A stretch of 64,000 bases of DNA from NCBI GenBank assembly GCA_963766835.1, contig CAVYBX010000004.1, positions 3,633 to 67,632 of the forward strand. Reading direction: 5' to 3'. Source of the stretch: an uncultured Bacilli bacterium. Lineage in GTDB: Bacteria; Bacillota; Bacilli; Bacillales; Amphibacillaceae. This document shows positions 9,985 through 22,042 of this stretch, piece by piece. The notes under the pieces were generated by a model, which saw only the letters and a program-made list of their open reading frames with translations, searched no databases and was not told the origin of the DNA. The translations under genes were made by a program, and so were the position numbers. Within the stretch, counting starts at the first letter, position 1. Each line of letters starts with the position of its first letter.

Positions 9985-12021
9985 GTGAAAAGCATGAAAA
10001 ATTACATCTCTTCGAGGATGGGATTTTTTACTATTGCAGCAATTTTTATTTGGTTAAAATCTTATATTGTTTATTTAATAGAGTTTAATTTAGATATACA
10101 AAATCTTTTACAACATTTTCTATTAATCTTAAATCCAATTAGTTCAACTCTCATATTCTTAGGAATTGCGCTTTTCGGTCGTGGTCGTCGAGTTGGAGGC
10201 TATATTATCATCATTCATTCGTTAATGACGTTGCTACTTTATGCAAATGTCGTTTTTTACCGTTTTAACTCTGACTTTATTACACTACCAGTCCTTACTC
10301 AAACTAGTAACTTCGGTAGTTTAGGTAGTAGTATTATCAGTTTAATGACATGGACCGACATTTTTTATTTATTAGACATTGTGATTCTCATCATTTTATT
10401 TAGAAAAAGTAGTCAAATCTGGTCTCTAGAGCGGATGAATTTAAAACGACCGGTGATGATTATTTTAGCTGGTATCGTTGTTTTTGCTATTAATCTAGGG
10501 TTAGCAGAAGCTGATCGCCCTCAATTATTAAAAAGAACATTTGATAGAAACTACATCGTAAAATATTTAGGCGCTTATAACTTTACCATTTACGATGCGA
10601 TTCAAAACTTAAAAACTTCTACTGAACGAGTGTTAGCAGATAGTAACGATATTACGATCGTTCAAAATTACACAGATAATAAGTATGCAGCACCGAATGA
10701 AGAACTATTTGGAGTTGCTAAAGGGAAGAATATTATTAAAATTCATTTAGAATCTTTCCATTCGTTCTTAATTAATTTTGAATTACATGGAGAAGAAGTG
10801 ACACCATTCATCAATTCATTAGTAAATGAACATGGTGATGAATTTACTTATTTTGAAAATTTCTTTCACCAAACGGAACAAGGAAAAACTGCTGACGCTG
10901 AGTTAATTACAGATAACTCTTTATACGGATTACCACAAGGTAGTGCATTCGTAACGAAAGGGAAAAATACGTACCAAGCATTACCGGCAATATTAAAACA
11001 AGAACAAGGGTATACGAGCGCCGTTTTCCACGGAGATAGTAAATCTTTTTGGAATAGAGATGAAATCTATAAACAGTTCGGTATCGATTATTTCTTCGAT
11101 GAAGCTTATTACGATATGAGTGATGAGCAAGTCATCGGATACGGATTGAAAGATAAACCTTTTTTCAAAGAATCGATGCCTTTATTCGAATCACTTGAAG
11201 AACCATTTTATGCACATATGATGACATTAACGCATCATCATCCATATTTGATCGATGAAGAGGATGCAACGATTGAACCAGCTGAAACGAGCAGCAGATC
11301 TGTCAATCGCTATTTCCAAACTGCACGTTATTTGGACGAAGCATTAGAGCAATTCTTTGATGACTTGAAGGAAGCTGGTTTATACGAAGATTCACTCATC
11401 TTCATTTACGGTGACCACTACGGTATATCTGACAACCATTTAGAAGCGTTAAGTGAAATATTTGGTGAAGAGATGACGAGCTATAAATATGCACAATTAC
11501 AACGTGTTCCGTTTCTCATTAAAATTCCAGGCGTTGAAGGACAAGGAACTATCGATGAATTTACTGGACAAATCGACGTCATGCCTACTATCCTACATTT
11601 GCTTGGAATCGATGCGCAAGATTATATATTATTCGGTACAGACATGTTTTCCGAAGGTCATGACGATTTGATCGCATTTAGAAATGGTGATTTTATTACT
11701 GAAGATTACGCGATGATCAAAGATGTATTTTACGATAACCGCACTGGAGAAGAATTAGAATCGAATGAGGAGTTAAAAGAATTAAAACGAAAAGTCGAGC
11801 ATGAATTAAGCTTATCAGATAAAGTATTACATGGAGATTTATTAAGATTTTATACACCGAACAAAAATTGGGAACCGGTAGATCCGAGCGAATTTTTCTA
11901 CGATGATAAACAAATTGATGTCGATCCAGCGTTAATCGATAAATGGCTAGAAAACGATGAAGATAACGAGACAGAAGATGAACTTTTCGATGTAGGAGAC
12001 GTTCGACATAATTCATTTTAA
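9985..12021 (+). CDS. ltaS: lipoteichoic acid synthase (LtaS family)
   Basis: Five TM helices, AEA signal-peptidase site, IHLES, GKTADAE catalytic Thr, YGDHYG. Confidence 0.9.
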   Translation: MKSMKNYISSRMGFFTIAAIFIWLKSYIVYLIEFNLDIQNLLQHFLLILNPISSTLIFLGIALFGRGRRVGGYIIIIHSLMTLLLYANVVFYRFNSDFITLPVLTQTSNFGSLGSSIISLMTWTDIFYLLDIVILIILFRKSSQIWSLERMNLKRPVMIILAGIVVFAINLGLAEADRPQLLKRTFDRNYIVKYLGAYNFTIYDAIQNLKTSTERVLADSNDITIVQNYTDNKYAAPNEELFGVAKGKNIIKIHLESFHSFLINFELHGEEVTPFINSLVNEHGDEFTYFENFFHQTEQGKTADAELITDNSLYGLPQGSAFVTKGKNTYQALPAILKQEQGYTSAVFHGDSKSFWNRDEIYKQFGIDYFFDEAYYDMSDEQVIGYGLKDKPFFKESMPLFESLEEPFYAHMMTLTHHHPYLIDEEDATIEPAETSSRSVNRYFQTARYLDEALEQFFDDLKEAGLYEDSLIFIYGDHYGISDNHLEALSEIFGEEMTSYKYAQLQRVPFLIKIPGVEGQGTIDEFTGQIDVMPTILHLLGIDAQDYILFGTDMFSEGHDDLIAFRNGDFITEDYAMIKDVFYDNRTGEELESNEELKELKRKVEHELSLSDKVLHGDLLRFYTPNKNWEPVDPSEFFYDDKQIDVDPALIDKWLENDEDNETEDELFDVGDVRHNSF

Positions 12022-12024
12022 AGA

Positions 12025-12317
12025 ATCGAGTAGGAGGAGGTGATTAGCCTCCGTCCTCTCACACTACCGTACGTACGGTTTGCGTATACGGCGGTTCAAT
12101 TAAGATGAGTAACGCAAGAATTCATAACGTTCGTGTAGACTTCTTAACCTTCGGCTTTTCCAGTAGGAGTTGCCAAGGGTTTTGTGTAGAATTGGACTGT
12201 TTGAAATATGCCAGTAGCTCTTTCTACTATTGCCCCATTTGTAGGCTTTCCACACTGGGGCTCCAAGTTCGTGGCTCAGTACTTACTCCCTATATATTAC
12301 CCCTATGGCATTCGTAC
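12025..12317 (-). mobile_element. internally deleted group IIC intron remnant (5' end, maturase C-terminus, domains V and VI)
   Basis: Starts GTACG...CATAGGGG..ATATAGGG; 55-codon maturase tail ending TAA at 12100; DV GAACCGCCGTATAC...GTACGTACGGTAGTGTGAGAGG; DVI ending CTACTCGAT; lies just after a terminator hairpin. Confidence 0.9.
12100..12267 (-). pseudogene. C-terminal fragment of group II intron RT/maturase
   Basis: Translates as LGAPVWKAYKWGNSRKSYWHISNSPILHKTLGNSYWKSRRLRSLHERYEFLRYSS*, typical of the class C maturase X-domain tail; no start codon or RT core. Confidence 0.85.
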
Positions 12318-12319
12318 GT

Positions 12320-12357
12320 AAAAAAAGCAATGAGAACAATAGTCTCATTGCTTTTTT
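12320..12357. terminator. bidirectional intrinsic terminator; target site of the intron
   Basis: A7-GCAATGAGA-loop-TCTCATTGC-T6. Confidence 0.85.
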
Positions 12358-13335
12358 ATGCTGAATGTTTATTAGCTAATCGTTGAATAAGTGGGATTTT
12401 GTCTAGATCAAAATTTCCTCCACTTACGATCACTCCACAATGTCGCGATTTAATATAATCATTATGTGCAAAAAGAGCTGCTAAAGCTACTGCACCTGCT
12501 CCTTCCATCAACGTTTTATTACGTTCAAGCATATACAGAATAGCACTAGCAATTTCTTCTTCGTTTACTGTTACGATATCATCCACATATTTTTTAATAA
12601 GCGGCATAGTGAGTTCTCCGGGTTTTTTACGGCAATACCTTCCGCAATCGTATCGGCAGAATAGTTTTGCTTTTGATTCTTACCGTGGAAGCTATTATAT
12701 GCAGCAGGAAACGCTTCTGTCTGAACACCGATGACACGAATATTTTTATTGACGTGTTTTGCTGCAACTGCTATTCCACTTATTAGTCCTCCTCCACCGA
12801 TTGGCACGATAAATGTGTCAATGCGGTCTTCTTGCCGTAATACTTCCATCGCGATCGTTCCTTGGCCAGCCATTACATCATAATCGTCGAATGGATGTAC
12901 ATATGTGGCACCTGTCTCTTTTTGCCTTTCCATCGAAGCTTCATACGCTTCTTGGAAAGTGCTCCCTGTTAACACAATTTCTGCTCCGTAATTTTGCGTC
13001 GCTTCAATTTTACTATGTGGGGTTTTTTCCGGCATATAAATAGTCGCTTTTACCCCTAATTTTCTTGAAGCGTAGGCTACTCCTTGGGCGTGATTACCTG
13101 CTGATGCAGTAATGACACCTTTTTCTAATTGCTCATTTGACAGTTGCATTAATTTAAATGTTGCTCCACGAAATTTAAACGCGCCGGTTTTTTGTTGGTT
13201 TTCCATTTTGAAATAAACTTTTTTATTGACGATTTTGTTCGTAGTTTCTGATGTAACTAATGGTGTCCGATGAACGATCGGCTTTAATCGTTCCAACGCC
13301 TTATAAATTTTTTCACCCGTTAATAAATCCCCAAT
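12356..13335 (-). CDS. ilvA: threonine dehydratase, short form (about 326 aa), frameshifted near 12600
   Basis: KMENQQKTGAFKFRG PLP lysine, SAGNHAQG, PIGGGGLISG; last gene of the ilv-leu operon; reading frame extends upstream to an ATT after GAGGAG. Confidence 0.85.
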
Positions 13336-13370
13336 TACTCCACACTCCTCAAATATCCACTTACTAACTA

Positions 13371-13955
13371 TTATAGTCTATTTTCTTCATATTCTCTTAT
13401 TTTGTCTTCCAATTGCAATGTTAGTGCTATTTCATCCCAGCCATTGATTAAATTTTGGCGATGATATTCTGGGATGTCAAAGTTATATTGTTTACCATTT
13501 TGATCTGTTATAGTTTTCGACTCTAAATCAACTGTCAATGTTAACTCAGATTTTTCCGCTTCTTTTAACCACTCATTTACTTGTTGTTCGTCCATTTTAA
13601 TTGGAACGATACCATTTTTTAATGCGTTATTATAAAATATGTCCGCAAAACTTGGAGCGATAATGACTTTAAACCCGTAGTCTAACAATGCCCACGGCGC
13701 ATGTTCTCGAGAAGAACCGCAACCGAAATTTTCACCGGTCACTAAAATCGATGCATGTTCATATTTCGGATCGTTTAAACTGAAGTCTTCACGTTTATTA
13801 CCATTTTCGTCAAAACGCCAATGATAAAATACATATTGCCCAAAACCTGTTCTTTCAATTCTTTTTAAAAATTGTTTAGGAATGATTTGATCCGTATCGA
13901 CGTTTGATCGATTCAATGGATAAACTAAACCTGTATGTTTCTTGATAGCTTCCAT
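13371..13955 (-). CDS. leuD: 3-isopropylmalate dehydratase small subunit
   Basis: NVDTDQIIPKQFLK, NFGCGSSREHAPWAL. Confidence 0.97.
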   Translation of the reverse strand: MEAIKKHTGLVYPLNRSNVDTDQIIPKQFLKRIERTGFGQYVFYHWRFDENGNKREDFSLNDPKYEHASILVTGENFGCGSSREHAPWALLDYGFKVIIAPSFADIFYNNALKNGIVPIKMDEQQVNEWLKEAEKSELTLTVDLESKTITDQNGKQYNFDIPEYHRQNLINGWDEIALTLQLEDKIREYEENRL

Positions 13956-13967
13956 GACGCATTCCTC

Positions 13968-15373
13968 CTAATTCACTGCTTTTGCATACGTACGAACATC
14001 TACAAATCGACCTTCTATCGCTGCAGCTGCAGCCATTTCAGGACTAACTAAATGCGTACGAGCACCATTTCCTTGACGACCTTCGAAATTTCGGTTTGAA
14101 GTAGAAGCACATCTGCCCCCTGGAGGAACTATGTCATCGTTCATCCCTAAACACATACTACATCCGGCATCACGCCATTCAAATCCAGCTTCTTTAAAGA
14201 TTTTATCAATTCCTAGTTTTTCTGCTTCCATCTTCACTAAAAATGAACCAGGAACGACGATTGCTCGAACGCCATCTTTTACTTTTTTACCTTTTACGAT
14301 TTCCGCCGCTCGTTTCAAATCGCGTAAGCGTGAATTCGTACAAGAACCGATAAAAACGTGGTCAATTTCAATCGAAGTAATCGGTTGGTTCTCTTCTAAT
14401 CCCATATATTCTAACGCACGTTTTACTTCTTCTTTATTTTCCACTTCATCTAAACTCGGTGTTGAACCGCTACTGGTACACCCATCGATGGATTCGTTCC
14501 CCAAGTAACTTGTGGCTCAACTTCAGAAGCGTCGATCGTCAACACTTTATCGTAAGTTGCACCTTCATCTGTTGCAAGTGCTAACCAGTCTTTTGCAGTT
14601 TTTTCAAACTCTTCACCTTTAGGGACGTATCTTCTACCGCGTAGAAATTCTACTGTCGTTTCATCTGGACTAATTAATCCAGCACGCGCTCCTGCTTCAA
14701 TTGACATATTACAAATCGTCATACGTTCTTCCATCGTCATTTTTCTGATAGCATCACCTGTATATTCAATGATGTATCCTGTTCCCATTTTTACACCAAA
14801 TTTTGCGATGATCGCTAAAATTAAATCTTTTGCTGTAACTCCAGGTCCTAAATCACCTTCGACGTGGACGTTTAACGTCTTCGGCTTCGTTTGCCATATA
14901 GTTTGTGTCGCTAATACGTGTTCTACTTCACTCGTCCCAATACCAAATGCAAGTGCTCCAAAAGCACCGTGAGTCGACGTATGACTATCTCCACAGACAA
15001 TCGTCTTTCCAGGTTGTGTTAAGCCGAGTTGTGGTCCGATAACGTGAACAATCCCTTGGTCAGGATGAAACATATCTGCCAATGGAATGTTAAATTCTTC
15101 ACAATTTTTCTTTAATGTTTCCATTTGTAGCTTAGAAATTGGGTCTCTTACTTCTTCGCGGTTTTTAGTTGGTACATTATGATCCATCGTCGCGAAAGTT
15201 AAATCAGGTCGTCTTACACGGCGGTTTTTCAATCTTAAACCTTCAAATGCTTGAGGGGACGTAACTTCATGAATTAAATGTAAATCGATATATAGTAAAT
15301 CAGGTTTCCCCTCTTCTTCATGGACGACTTTTTTCTCCCAAATTTTCTCTATGATCGTTTTTGGCTTTGCCAT
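13968..15373 (-). CDS. leuC: 3-isopropylmalate dehydratase large subunit, frameshifted near 14460
   Basis: [46 protein letters not shown] across two ORFs. Confidence 0.95.
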
Positions 15374-15406
15374 ATGAACACCTCCATAAATATGGCACGT
15401 TGATGT

Positions 15407-16477
15407 TTATAAGTTATTGATGACGATTTCGGTCATTTCTTCTGTACCGACTTGTTTACCGTCTAATATTTTTAAATCAGCTGTATGATATCCTTGTTCT
15501 AAACTTTTTTCTACTGCATCTTCAACAGCTTCTGCTTCCACGTTTAGATGAAATGAATAACGTAACATCATTGCAGCTGACAAAATCATCCCTAGTGGAT
15601 TCGCAATACCTTTTCCAGCGATATCCGGGGCTGAACCGTGTACCGGTTCATATAAACCGATCGTTTCTGACAAACTTGCTGAAGGAAGCATTCCGATTGA
15701 ACCTGTTAGGACAGATCCTTCATCACTTAATATATCGCCGAACATATTTTCAGTGACGATGACGTCGAAACTTGTCGGATCTGTAATTAATTTCATAGCA
15801 GCTGAATCAACTAACATATGCTCGACTTGAACGTCTGGATAATGTTCACTAATCTCATCGACGATTTCACGCCATAGTCGACTAGATTCGAGTACATTCG
15901 CTTTATCGACAGAAGTTAATCGTTTGTTTCTAAGTCTTGCAGTTTCAAAGCCTTTGTTGACGATCCGTTCTATCTCTTCACGATGATAAATTAACGTATC
16001 TACAGCAACATTTCCATTTTCGCGGCGTTCCCGTGGTTCCCCAAAATAGAGTCCTCCAGTCAGTTCCCGAATAATATATATGTCGCTTCCTTTAATGACA
16101 GATTCTTTTAATGGTGATGCGTGCAATAAAGGTGCAAACCCTTTGATCGGTCGAATATTTGCAAAAAGGTTCAACGCTTTTCTTATTTTTAACAGTCCTT
16201 GTTCAGGTCTTAAATGGGGCGGAAGGGAGTCCCATTTCGGGCCTCCAATTGCCCCAAGTAAAATGGCATCAGATTTTAAACATGCATCGACTGTTTCGTC
16301 TGTTAAAGGCACTCCATATTTATCATAAGCAGTGCCGCCGATATCGTATTGTTCGAACTTAAATGAGTGACCATATTTTTCAGCGACTTTAGTCAGTACT
16401 TTTTTCGCAGATTCCATGATTTCTTGACCGATCCCATCACCTGGGAGTACGACAATGCTTTTCTCCAATGAATTCAT
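15407..16477 (-). CDS. leuB: 3-isopropylmalate dehydrogenase (start ATG 16477 or TTG 16468)
   Basis: LPGDGIG, NMFGDILSD, EPVHGSAPDIAG. Confidence 0.96.
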   Translation of the reverse strand: MNSLEKSIVVLPGDGIGQEIMESAKKVLTKVAEKYGHSFKFEQYDIGGTAYDKYGVPLTDETVDACLKSDAILLGAIGGPKWDSLPPHLRPEQGLLKIRKALNLFANIRPIKGFAPLLHASPLKESVIKGSDIYIIRELTGGLYFGEPRERRENGNVAVDTLIYHREEIERIVNKGFETARLRNKRLTSVDKANVLESSRLWREIVDEISEHYPDVQVEHMLVDSAAMKLITDPTSFDVIVTENMFGDILSDEGSVLTGSIGMLPSASLSETIGLYEPVHGSAPDIAGKGIANPLGMILSAAMMLRYSFHLNVEAEAVEDAVEKSLEQGYHTADLKILDGKQVGTEEMTEIVINNL

Positions 16478-16493
16478 CCGCCCTTCAACTTCT

Positions 16494-18044
16494 TTACGAT
16501 TGTTGTTGTATATTGCGACGTTCGTTTGTTTTTTGCTGAATAACATAACGATTCACAGCATTTAAAAATGCGTTCGCTGACGCTTCAAGCACATCTTGGG
16601 CTGAACCTCTGCCACTCATTTGTTGTCCATTTACAATTAATTGAACGTTCGCTTGCGCTAAAGCATCTTTTCCTCTTCCGACAGAGTTAAGTTGATAGTC
16701 GATTAATTCTAATTCTTCGGAGATCAATTCGTCTAATGTCGCATAAAGTGCTTCTACACTACCGCTTCCTGTACAAGCTTTTTGAACGACAGTTTGTTCA
16801 GGTGTTTTTAATTCCACTGTCGCTGTAGGTACGTTATTTGAACCGTACTGTACTTGGAAGCTTTGAAGTTCGTATTTATCGACATTAACAGCTTCAGTTT
16901 GTACTTCCGTTAAAATCGTGAATAAATCTTCATCTGTCACTTCTTTTTTACGGTCTGTTAATGCTTTAAAGCGGTTGAATGCTTCTTTTAACTTTTCATC
17001 AGAAAGTTCGTAACCCATCTCTTGCACTTTCTTTTTAAATGCATGGCGACCGGAATGTTTACCTAAAAAGAGTACGTTCGAAGATAATCCGATTAATTCA
17101 GGAGTAATAATTTCATACGTTTCAGCATGTTTTAATACTCCGTCTTGGTGTATTCCAGATTCATGAGCGAATGCGTTCTTACCGACGATCGCTTTGTTTG
17201 CTTGAATTTGCATACCTGTCAATTTAGCCACTAAATCGCTCGTACGTTTAATTTCGTTCAATTTCAAATCCGTCTTGTATGGATAAAAGTCTGAACGGAT
17301 ATGGAATGCTACAGCGATCTCTTCTAAAGATGCATTCCCTGCCCTTTCACCAATTCCATTAATCGTACCTTCGATTTGTCTTACACCATTTTCTACTGCT
17401 GCGATCGAATTTGCAACCGCAAGTCCTAAATCGTTATGGCAGTGGCATGAAAGAATCGCTTTATCGATATTTGGTACATTTTCCCTAATATATTTAAACA
17501 TATTCCCATATTCTTCTGGTGTCGCATAACCTACTGTGTCAGGCAAGTTAATGACATTTGCTCCCGCATCGATTACTTTTTCAATTACTTGAACTAAAAA
17601 GTCTAAGTCAGAACGGGAAGCATCTTCTGCTGACCATTCTATTTTCGGGAATCTTTGTTTCGCATATTTAACCATTTCAACCGCTTGATTCATTACTTCA
17701 TCAGGTGTCATCTTCAATTTATACGTCATATGAATTGGAGATGTTGCGATAAACACGTGGACGCAAGGTTCTTCTGCACCTTTTAAAGCTTCCCAAGCTG
17801 CATCGATATCCGATTTAACAGAACGAGCTAACCCCGTTACGGACGTATCTTTAATCGTGTCAGCAATTAATTTAACTGCTTCAAAATCTCCTTTGGAGGA
17901 AGCAGGGAATCCTGCTTCCATTCTATCTACACCAAAGCGTTCTAGTTGTCTAGCAATCTCTAATTTTTCTAATTTATTCAAATTCACTCCAGGTGATTGT
18001 TCACCATCGCGTAATGTCGTATCAAAAATTTGAATTTTCGTCAA
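16494..18044 (-). CDS. leuA: 2-isopropylmalate synthase
   Basis: [32 protein letters not shown]. Confidence 0.97.
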   Translation of the reverse strand: MTKIQIFDTTLRDGEQSPGVNLNKLEKLEIARQLERFGVDRMEAGFPASSKGDFEAVKLIADTIKDTSVTGLARSVKSDIDAAWEALKGAEEPCVHVFIATSPIHMTYKLKMTPDEVMNQAVEMVKYAKQRFPKIEWSAEDASRSDLDFLVQVIEKVIDAGANVINLPDTVGYATPEEYGNMFKYIRENVPNIDKAILSCHCHNDLGLAVANSIAAVENGVRQIEGTINGIGERAGNASLEEIAVAFHIRSDFYPYKTDLKLNEIKRTSDLVAKLTGMQIQANKAIVGKNAFAHESGIHQDGVLKHAETYEIITPELIGLSSNVLFLGKHSGRHAFKKKVQEMGYELSDEKLKEAFNRFKALTDRKKEVTDEDLFTILTEVQTEAVNVDKYELQSFQVQYGSNNVPTATVELKTPEQTVVQKACTGSGSVEALYATLDELISEELELIDYQLNSVGRGKDALAQANVQLIVNGQQMSGRGSAQDVLEASANAFLNAVNRYVIQQKTNERRNIQQQS

Positions 18045-18071
18045 TTTCACACACTCCCATTCCAAGATTTT

Positions 18072-19073
<1,002 letters not shown>

Positions 19074-19176
19074 TCAATTCTCCTTTTTTAATTTTGCTTT
19101 ATTTTTTGTATATTTAATAAATTCTTTTGAATAAAACTAATCTGAATAAAAGATGAGTCCATATCCCTGTTTCACA

Positions 19177-19698
19177 TTAAACAGGGAATTGATTGATTTC
19201 TGTTACTTGTGACGAAGGTTGGTGACCGCGTAAAAATGCGGTGACACCCGTTCTAGCTAGTTCTTTAATACCGTAAGGACGAAGCAATGCGATTAACGCA
19301 TCAGTTTTTTCTGGTTTTCCAGTTACTTGAATCGTCATACTGTCTTTACTAATGTCTAATACTGATGCTCGAAACGGAGTGATTAAACCTTGTATCTCTG
19401 AGCTTTGTTGCGGTGTACTAGCAACTTTAATAAGCACTAGTTCTCTCGCAACGATCGCCTTATCTGTAATATCTGATACTTTGATGACGTCAATTTGCTT
19501 ATTAAGTTGCTTCGTTAACTGTTCCGCTTTGCGATCGTCACTTACTTCGACGACCAATGTCATTTTAGATATCCCTGGATTTTCTGTTTCCCCGACAGAG
19601 ATACTTGCGATGTTAAATTGGCGTCTTTGCAACATGCCAGTAATTCTGTTTAAAACGCCACTTCTGTTTTGTACTGTCGCGGTGATAATCCGTTTCAT
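19177..19698 (-). CDS. ilvN: acetolactate synthase small subunit
   Basis: [14 protein letters not shown] domain, [15 protein letters not shown]. Confidence 0.95.
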   Translation of the reverse strand: MKRIITATVQNRSGVLNRITGMLQRRQFNIASISVGETENPGISKMTLVVEVSDDRKAEQLTKQLNKQIDVIKVSDITDKAIVARELVLIKVASTPQQSSEIQGLITPFRASVLDISKDSMTIQVTGKPEKTDALIALLRPYGIKELARTGVTAFLRGHQPSSQVTEINQFPV

Positions 19699-21447
19699 TT
19701 CTTCACCCCCATCATTTGATGAATTCCTTTTCCTGGTGCAATCATTGGAAATACTTTCTCATTTCTAGCGATTTTAAAGTCGACGACAACCGGTCCATTA
19801 TGATCGATCATTTCTTGGATCGCTTTTTCCACATCATCTTCTTTCTCGACTCTCATTCCACGGACTCCAAAACTTTCTGCTAGTTTCACAAAATCCGGAT
19901 TCAAGTCGAGTAATGACTCGGAATATCTTTCTTCATAGAAACTTTCTTGCCACTGTCTAACCATTCCTAATGCCGAGTTATTTAAGATAACTACTTTTAC
20001 AGGTAAATTCCATTGTTTCAATAACATTAATTCTTGCATATTCATCTGAAATCCAGCATCACCATTAATCGAGATGACGAGTTCATCTGGACGACCGATT
20101 TGCGCTCCGATCGCTGCTGGGAAGCCAAATCCCATCGCACCTAGTCCTCCTGATGATGCCCATTTATGCGGTCTATCTAATGTATAATATTGTGCGGCCC
20201 ACATTTGATGTTGCCCGACATCTGTCGTGACGATAGCTTCTCCTTTCGTTAATTCGTGTAATTTTTTCACAAAATATTGCGGAGAAATACCTTCATCTTC
20301 ATCAGGTTTTTCATACCAGAGCGGATATTTTTCTTGATACTCGTTTAAATGTGCTTTCCACTCTGCATGATCAGGCATTTTAATATTTCTTTTCAACAAC
20401 GCTTGTAATGCTTTTTTAGCATCGGCAACGACTGGAATTTCCGTCGGTACGTTTTTACCGATCTCTGCCGGGTCGATATCGATATGTGCCACTTTTGCGT
20501 TCGGTGCGAAATGTTTTAAATTCCCTGTTAAACGGTCATCAAATCTTGCTCCGATATTAATGAGTAAGTCACATTCATACATCGCCATATTCGCTACATA
20601 AGTACCGTGCATTCCTGCCATTCCTAAAAATAGCGGACTTGTACCTGGAAAACTACCTAAGCCGAGTAAAGTATTGACAATTGGCAATTCGTATTTTTCA
20701 ACAAATTGTTTTAATTCATCCGTAGCTCTTGCGAATAACACGCCTGCTCCTGCAAGGACTAATGGTTTTTTCGCTTTACCGATCGCATCAGCTAATTTCA
20801 CAATTTGTAGAGGGTTCGGTTTAGTTGTCGGTTGATAGCCTGGTAAATGGAATTCTGTTTCAAATTCTCCAGTAGGTAAGAGCTTCAGAAATGTTTTTAG
20901 GGATATCGACGACAACTGGTCCAGGTCTTCCTGTCGTCGCAATATGAAACGCTTCTTTCACGATTTTCGGTAAACTGTTAATATCTTCAACTTGATAATT
21001 ATATTTCGTAATAGGTGTCGTAATCCCTAATACATCCGCTTCTTGGAATGCATCCGATCCAATCACATGATTCGCGACTTGACCTGTAAAAATAACGAGT
21101 GGTAAAGAATCCATCATCGCATCTGTAATTCCAGTTATTAAATTCGTCGCACCTGGCCCTGATGTCGCAATGACAACTCCAGGCTTGCCAGTCACTCTCG
21201 CATATCCTTCTGCCGCAAAGACCGCACCTTGTTCATGACGAGTAAGAATATGTTTAAATGAAGCGTTGCTACGATAGATTGCATCATAAATCGGTAATAC
21301 CGCTCCACCTGGATATCCAAAAATCGTATCGACTTCTTGTTCGACCAACAACTCGATTAATAGATCTGCACCTGTTTTCGGTTTACTTGCTACACTTTGA
21401 CTTTGCTCTACTTCCATTTGAGGTTTTTGTTTCGCCTCTGCGCTCAA
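19695..21447 (-). CDS. ilvB: acetolactate synthase large subunit, frameshifted near 20870
   Basis: [32 protein letters not shown]...NN ThDP motif, GMVRQWQ. Confidence 0.95.
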
Positions 21448-21607
21448 TTTTACTCCTCCTTAAAAGTTTTTAAATAATCACGCAAATCAGTCTATAAAAA
21501 CATCCATTATCTTCTGAATTTTATCTTTTTTCGCTCATCCTTTGCTTACGTTTACGGTTTGATTGGAGCCTAGCGAATCGATAAACTTTTTTTATTATCA
21601 AGATATA

Positions 21608-21920
21608 ATAAAAAAACTCTTTTCTCCTAGAATCTAGTAACTAGATTCTTGGGGAGAAAAGAGTTCTCTTTTCACGGTACCACCCAATGTTCGTAGTAAC
21701 CTCACGATTACTACCTCAAAAACTCAAAAATATTTTGAGTTCATTTTGATAACAGGTGCCTCTACCACGAAACACCCGGCCATACCTAATAGGATATAAC
21801 ATCCGTTCAATACAGCACTCAGGGACGATGTCAGAATAAGATGTATTTCTAGGCTCTCACCTACCCTAGATCTCTGTAAATACATTTGGCCTTATTCCTT
21901 TGTTCCCTTCATCGATTTAT
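21608..21920 (-). promoter_or_regulatory. T-box riboswitch leader of the ilv-leu operon; apparent Ile (AUC) specifier
   Basis: T-box AACATTGGGTGGTACCGTG (21690-21672), Stem I with AGAGA and GGTGAGA motifs, specifier loop TGAC-ATC-G (21829-21827), terminator 21611-21665 with U tract. Confidence 0.9.
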
Positions 21921-22042
21921 TTATATCAATATTTTATAAATAGTCTACTTTAGTTATCTTCATATTATACGCGATTTTTTAAAAATTTAAAGTAAAACTA
22001 TGCTAATTTTACAAAGATGTAAAGTTCTGAATTTTTGAATAT

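Noticed and set aside
9888-10088. Short alternative-frame and antisense ORFs overlapping real genes (also 569-919, 14131-14508, 19352-19768, 38408-38806, 62126-62566 and others)
   Set aside because: Shadow ORFs of well-supported genes, with no RBS or motifs.
12105-12386. 93-aa plus-strand ORF after ltaS
   Set aside because: It is the antisense frame of the intron remnant, runs through the terminator and lacks an RBS.
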